DNA of 64,000 nt from Dimorphilus gyrociliatus (taxonomy: Eukaryota > Animalia > Annelida). The DNA is taken from assembly GCA_904063045.1 (NCBI GenBank), contig CAJFCJ010000022.1:62001-126000 (forward strand), given 5' to 3'. The translations under genes and the position numbers were made by a program. The notes under the pieces were generated by a model. The model was not told the DNA's origin. It did not search any database and was given only the letters and a program-made list of their open reading frames with translations. Positions 62,501 through 64,000 of the stretch are shown here, one piece after another (position 1 is the stretch's first letter; the number at the start of each line of letters is the position of its first letter).

Positions 62501-64000
62501 TTGCCAATTCAGTTAGAAGTAACTACAATATTGAAATTCACGCTGTTGGAATAGCGTAAGTTCTATTATTTACGTCTCTATAGACGATTAAATAGTTTTT
62601 TCATTAATCAGAAATGCCGATGCTGCTGAATTGGAAGCTATTGCTGGAATTGGAAAAACTAATGCCGGAAAAGTTTACACTGCCCCAGATTTTGATAGTT
62701 TAGGAAACGTTGCTAATGAATTGGCTCAAGGAACTTGTGGTACTGGTGGTGGTAAGCATTTATCTCTAAATTTTGCTATAAAATGGAACTTGATATATGA
62801 ATTAATTTTTTCAGGAACTCCCAACCAAGGTTGCGCAAAGGCTGATATACTCTTTGTTGTCGACTCCAGTGCTTCTGTTAGTTTAACTAACTGGGGCCTT
62901 CAAGTTCAATTCATCATCGACTTGGTTAAGGATTTCACCATTGGTGATGACAAGACCAAATTCGGTATGGTAACTTTCAGTTCTGCAGCCGAAATCAGTT
63001 TCCCAGTGTCTGGAGCTAGTTCACCTCAAAGTCAACAAGATTTCGAAACCAAAATCAAAGCTGTAACTCACATGAGGAAAGGAACTAACACCGATGTTGG
63101 TTTGGATTTGGTAAACACTGCTGGAATAACTTGGAGACCAGCTGATCCATCCATCAGAAGAATGGTTATTGTCATCACCGATGGTCAATCCAAATACCCA
63201 GATAAAACTAAAATATCTGCCGATGCTTTAAGACAAGCTGGTATTGAAGTTCATGCTGTCGGTATCAAAAATTACGTAAAAGCTGAATTGGATGCCATCT
63301 CCGGTTTGGGACAAGCCAAAGCTGGATCTACCTTCACCGCACCTGATTTTACTGACTTGACATCGATTATCAGCAAAATTAAATCAGGCGTTTGCACAGT
63401 TCAAGATCCATGCTCTCCAAATCCATGTATGAACAGCGGAGCATGCAGTTCAAATGGAAACACTTTCACTTGCACATGTACAGGAGGTTATACCGGAGCT
63501 ACCTGCGCCACTCCACCAAGTAATAGCATTTTTTATAAAAGCAAACTGTTGATTACCTAAGTATACTTTATTTAATTAGATCCTTGCTCTTTCACACCTT
63601 GCAAAAATGGCGGACAATGTACATCCAGTGGCAATTCCTTCACTTGTACCTGTGTCAACTCTTATCATGGAGCAACATGCCAAAACGGTGCGTAGAAATA
63701 CACTTTAATTTTTTTTTCCAATTTTTAAATATCAAAAATTACTAGCTCCTGGATGCAATTCAAACCCATGTCAAAATGGTGGTCAATGTACTAATGGAGT
63801 CAATGGTGCTTATTCATGTGCCTGCATCAATGGATATACCGGAAATAACTGTCAAACTCCTCCAGCAAGTATGTATGAACCTTTAAAAGCATATAAAATT
63901 TAACAAAATTAATTAATCGATAAATGTTAGATCCATGTTCACCAAACCCATGTCAGAATGGAGGACAATGTGCCGCCAATGGCAACGGTCACACTTGTAC
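59520..64000 (+). CDS. Large secreted VWA/EGF mosaic protein (at least 4 VWA domains and at least 11 EGF repeats; runs off the right edge)
   Basis: Signal peptide [21 protein letters not shown], then EGF, VWA (DESGS), EGF, VWA (DSSGS), EGF x5, VWA (DSSAS), VWA (DSSAS), EGF x4 or more. Exons splice in frame. Confidence 0.9.

Noticed and set aside
1-64000. tRNA, rRNA, snRNA, known miRNA, CRISPR arrays, U12-type introns
   Set aside because: No recognisable signatures were found by eye on either strand. A covariance-model scan would be needed to exclude them fully.

Overview
This is an AT-rich, gene-dense animal genome segment with many short (about 50-100 nt) GT-AG introns. The gene content suggests a compact-genomed lophotrochozoan such as a small annelid (inference). 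There are no prokaryotic features, rRNA, tRNA or CRISPR arrays. From left to right: the 5' end of a secreted EGF-type gene (minus strand, running off the left edge); three intact tandem divergent ionotropic receptors (IRs); a secreted stand-alone ITIH C-terminal-like protein; a THEG-repeat protein; an SLC16/MCT transporter; a tightly packed GMPPA / MRPL27 / PAXBP1 / KIF4 block; an innexin; a candidate unannotated 50-aa secreted peptide gene; a prostanoid-receptor-like GPCR; a glycine-receptor-like Cys-loop anion channel; an internally deleted Tc1 element; a TSSK kinase; and a large secreted VWA/EGF mosaic protein running off the right edge. Two copies of a Tc1-type MITE are also present. The best leads are (i) TSSK apparently nested antisense in intron 1 of the VWA/EGF gene, (ii) the IR trio, with altered ligand-site, disulfide and gate residues and reciprocal intron losses, (iii) the stand-alone ITIH-C protein lacking GDPH, (iv) the small peptide gene head-to-head with a prostanoid-like GPCR that lacks the canonical TM7 Arg, and (v) a Tc1 remnant with an in-frame HTH-to-C-tail fusion. 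All gene models were spliced by hand. All homology calls come from recalled motifs, not database searches.
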